A DNA stretch of 64,000 bases from Brevundimonas sp. GTDB taxonomy: Bacteria; Pseudomonadota; Alphaproteobacteria; Caulobacterales; Caulobacteraceae. The DNA is taken from NCBI RefSeq assembly GCF_029946145.1, contig NZ_JAQSDY010000012.1:178806-242805 (forward strand), given 5' to 3'. The position numbers and the translations under genes are program-made. The notes below the pieces were generated by a model, which saw only the letters and a list, made by a program, of their open reading frames with translations, was not told where the DNA came from and did no database searches. Positions 63,690 through 64,000 of the stretch are shown piece after piece (positions within the stretch are counted from its first letter, which is position 1; each line of letters starts with the position of its first letter).

Positions 63690-64000
63690 GTGACCGACGC
63701 CTTCACCTATCCGGCCCCCAAGCTCTTCATCGCGGGCGTGTGGCGCATGGCCGGCGACGGCGCGACCCAGCCGGTCCTGAACCCCGCGACCGGGGAGACC
63801 ATCGGCGACCTGCCCGTCGCCGGTGAGGCCGACCTGGACGAGGCGCTGGCCGCCGCCGACGCGGGCTTCAAGGTGTGGCGCAAGACCTCGGCCTACGACC
63901 GCGCCCGCATACTGCATGACGCCGCGCGGCTGATGCGCGAACGCAGCCGCTACATCGGTTCGGTCAGCACGACCGAACAGGGCAAGCCGCTGGCGGAATC
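63690..64000 (+). CDS. NAD-dependent aldehyde dehydrogenase (SSADH/KGSADH-like), N-terminal part, truncated by the window edge
   Basis: GTG 63690 after an AAGGA SD: KLFIAGVW...VLNPATGETIG...ADLDEALAAA..GF..W...SAYDRARIL...TTEQGKPLAE. Confidence 0.9.
   Translation, partial: MTDAFTYPAPKLFIAGVWRMAGDGATQPVLNPATGETIGDLPVAGEADLDEALAAADAGFKVWRKTSAYDRARILHDAARLMRERSRYIGSVSTTEQGKPLAE

Overview
High-GC alphaproteobacterial chromosome segment. Gene content and style suggest Caulobacteraceae (Brevundimonas-like); that assignment is an inference. There are seven blocks. (1) 2-5666: tail of an RND permease, a BigR/SqrR-like ArsR, DUF302 and a MacAB-like ABC exporter, followed by a frameshifted TetR remnant. 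(2) 6066-12769 (-): a tightly coupled operon, receiver - TPR/YaiO beta-barrel - HEAT protein - processive GT2 - soluble GAF/PAS/PAS kinase - receiver - Hpt. It is a candidate uncharacterised exopolysaccharide system with its own phosphorelay. (3) 12993-30288: an amino-acid biosynthesis supercluster (proBA, thrC, thrB, ACT-less AK-HSDH, ilvDCGM-leuA-ilvE-leuCDB) with two unannotated leader-peptide attenuators (Thr/Ile/Met and Leu/Ile/Val) that share a 10-mer and an upstream palindrome. (4) 30809-32313: ArsR-SRPBCC-GST. (5) 32782-45655: extended GabR/MocR regulator - C-N hydrolase - TonB receptor - TPR sulfotransferase - secreted serine hydrolase - MFS - gabT - gabD. (6) 45871-54261 (-) and (7) 54590-64000: an aromatic catabolic island. 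It has close-looking homologues of the lignin biphenyl (5,5'-dehydrodivanillate, DDVA) enzymes LigXa, LigZ and LigY. No LigW is visible; a PhzS-like flavin monooxygenase and a complete gentisate route are present instead, plus three RraA/HMG aldolases and a ThDP enzyme. A MarR gene and five copies of a palindromic operator (AATCAGACGTCTGATT consensus), three of them overlapping predicted promoters, tie it together. I found no rRNA, tRNA, CRISPR array or transposase. Family assignments come from motif recognition and recalled reference sequences, not database searches.
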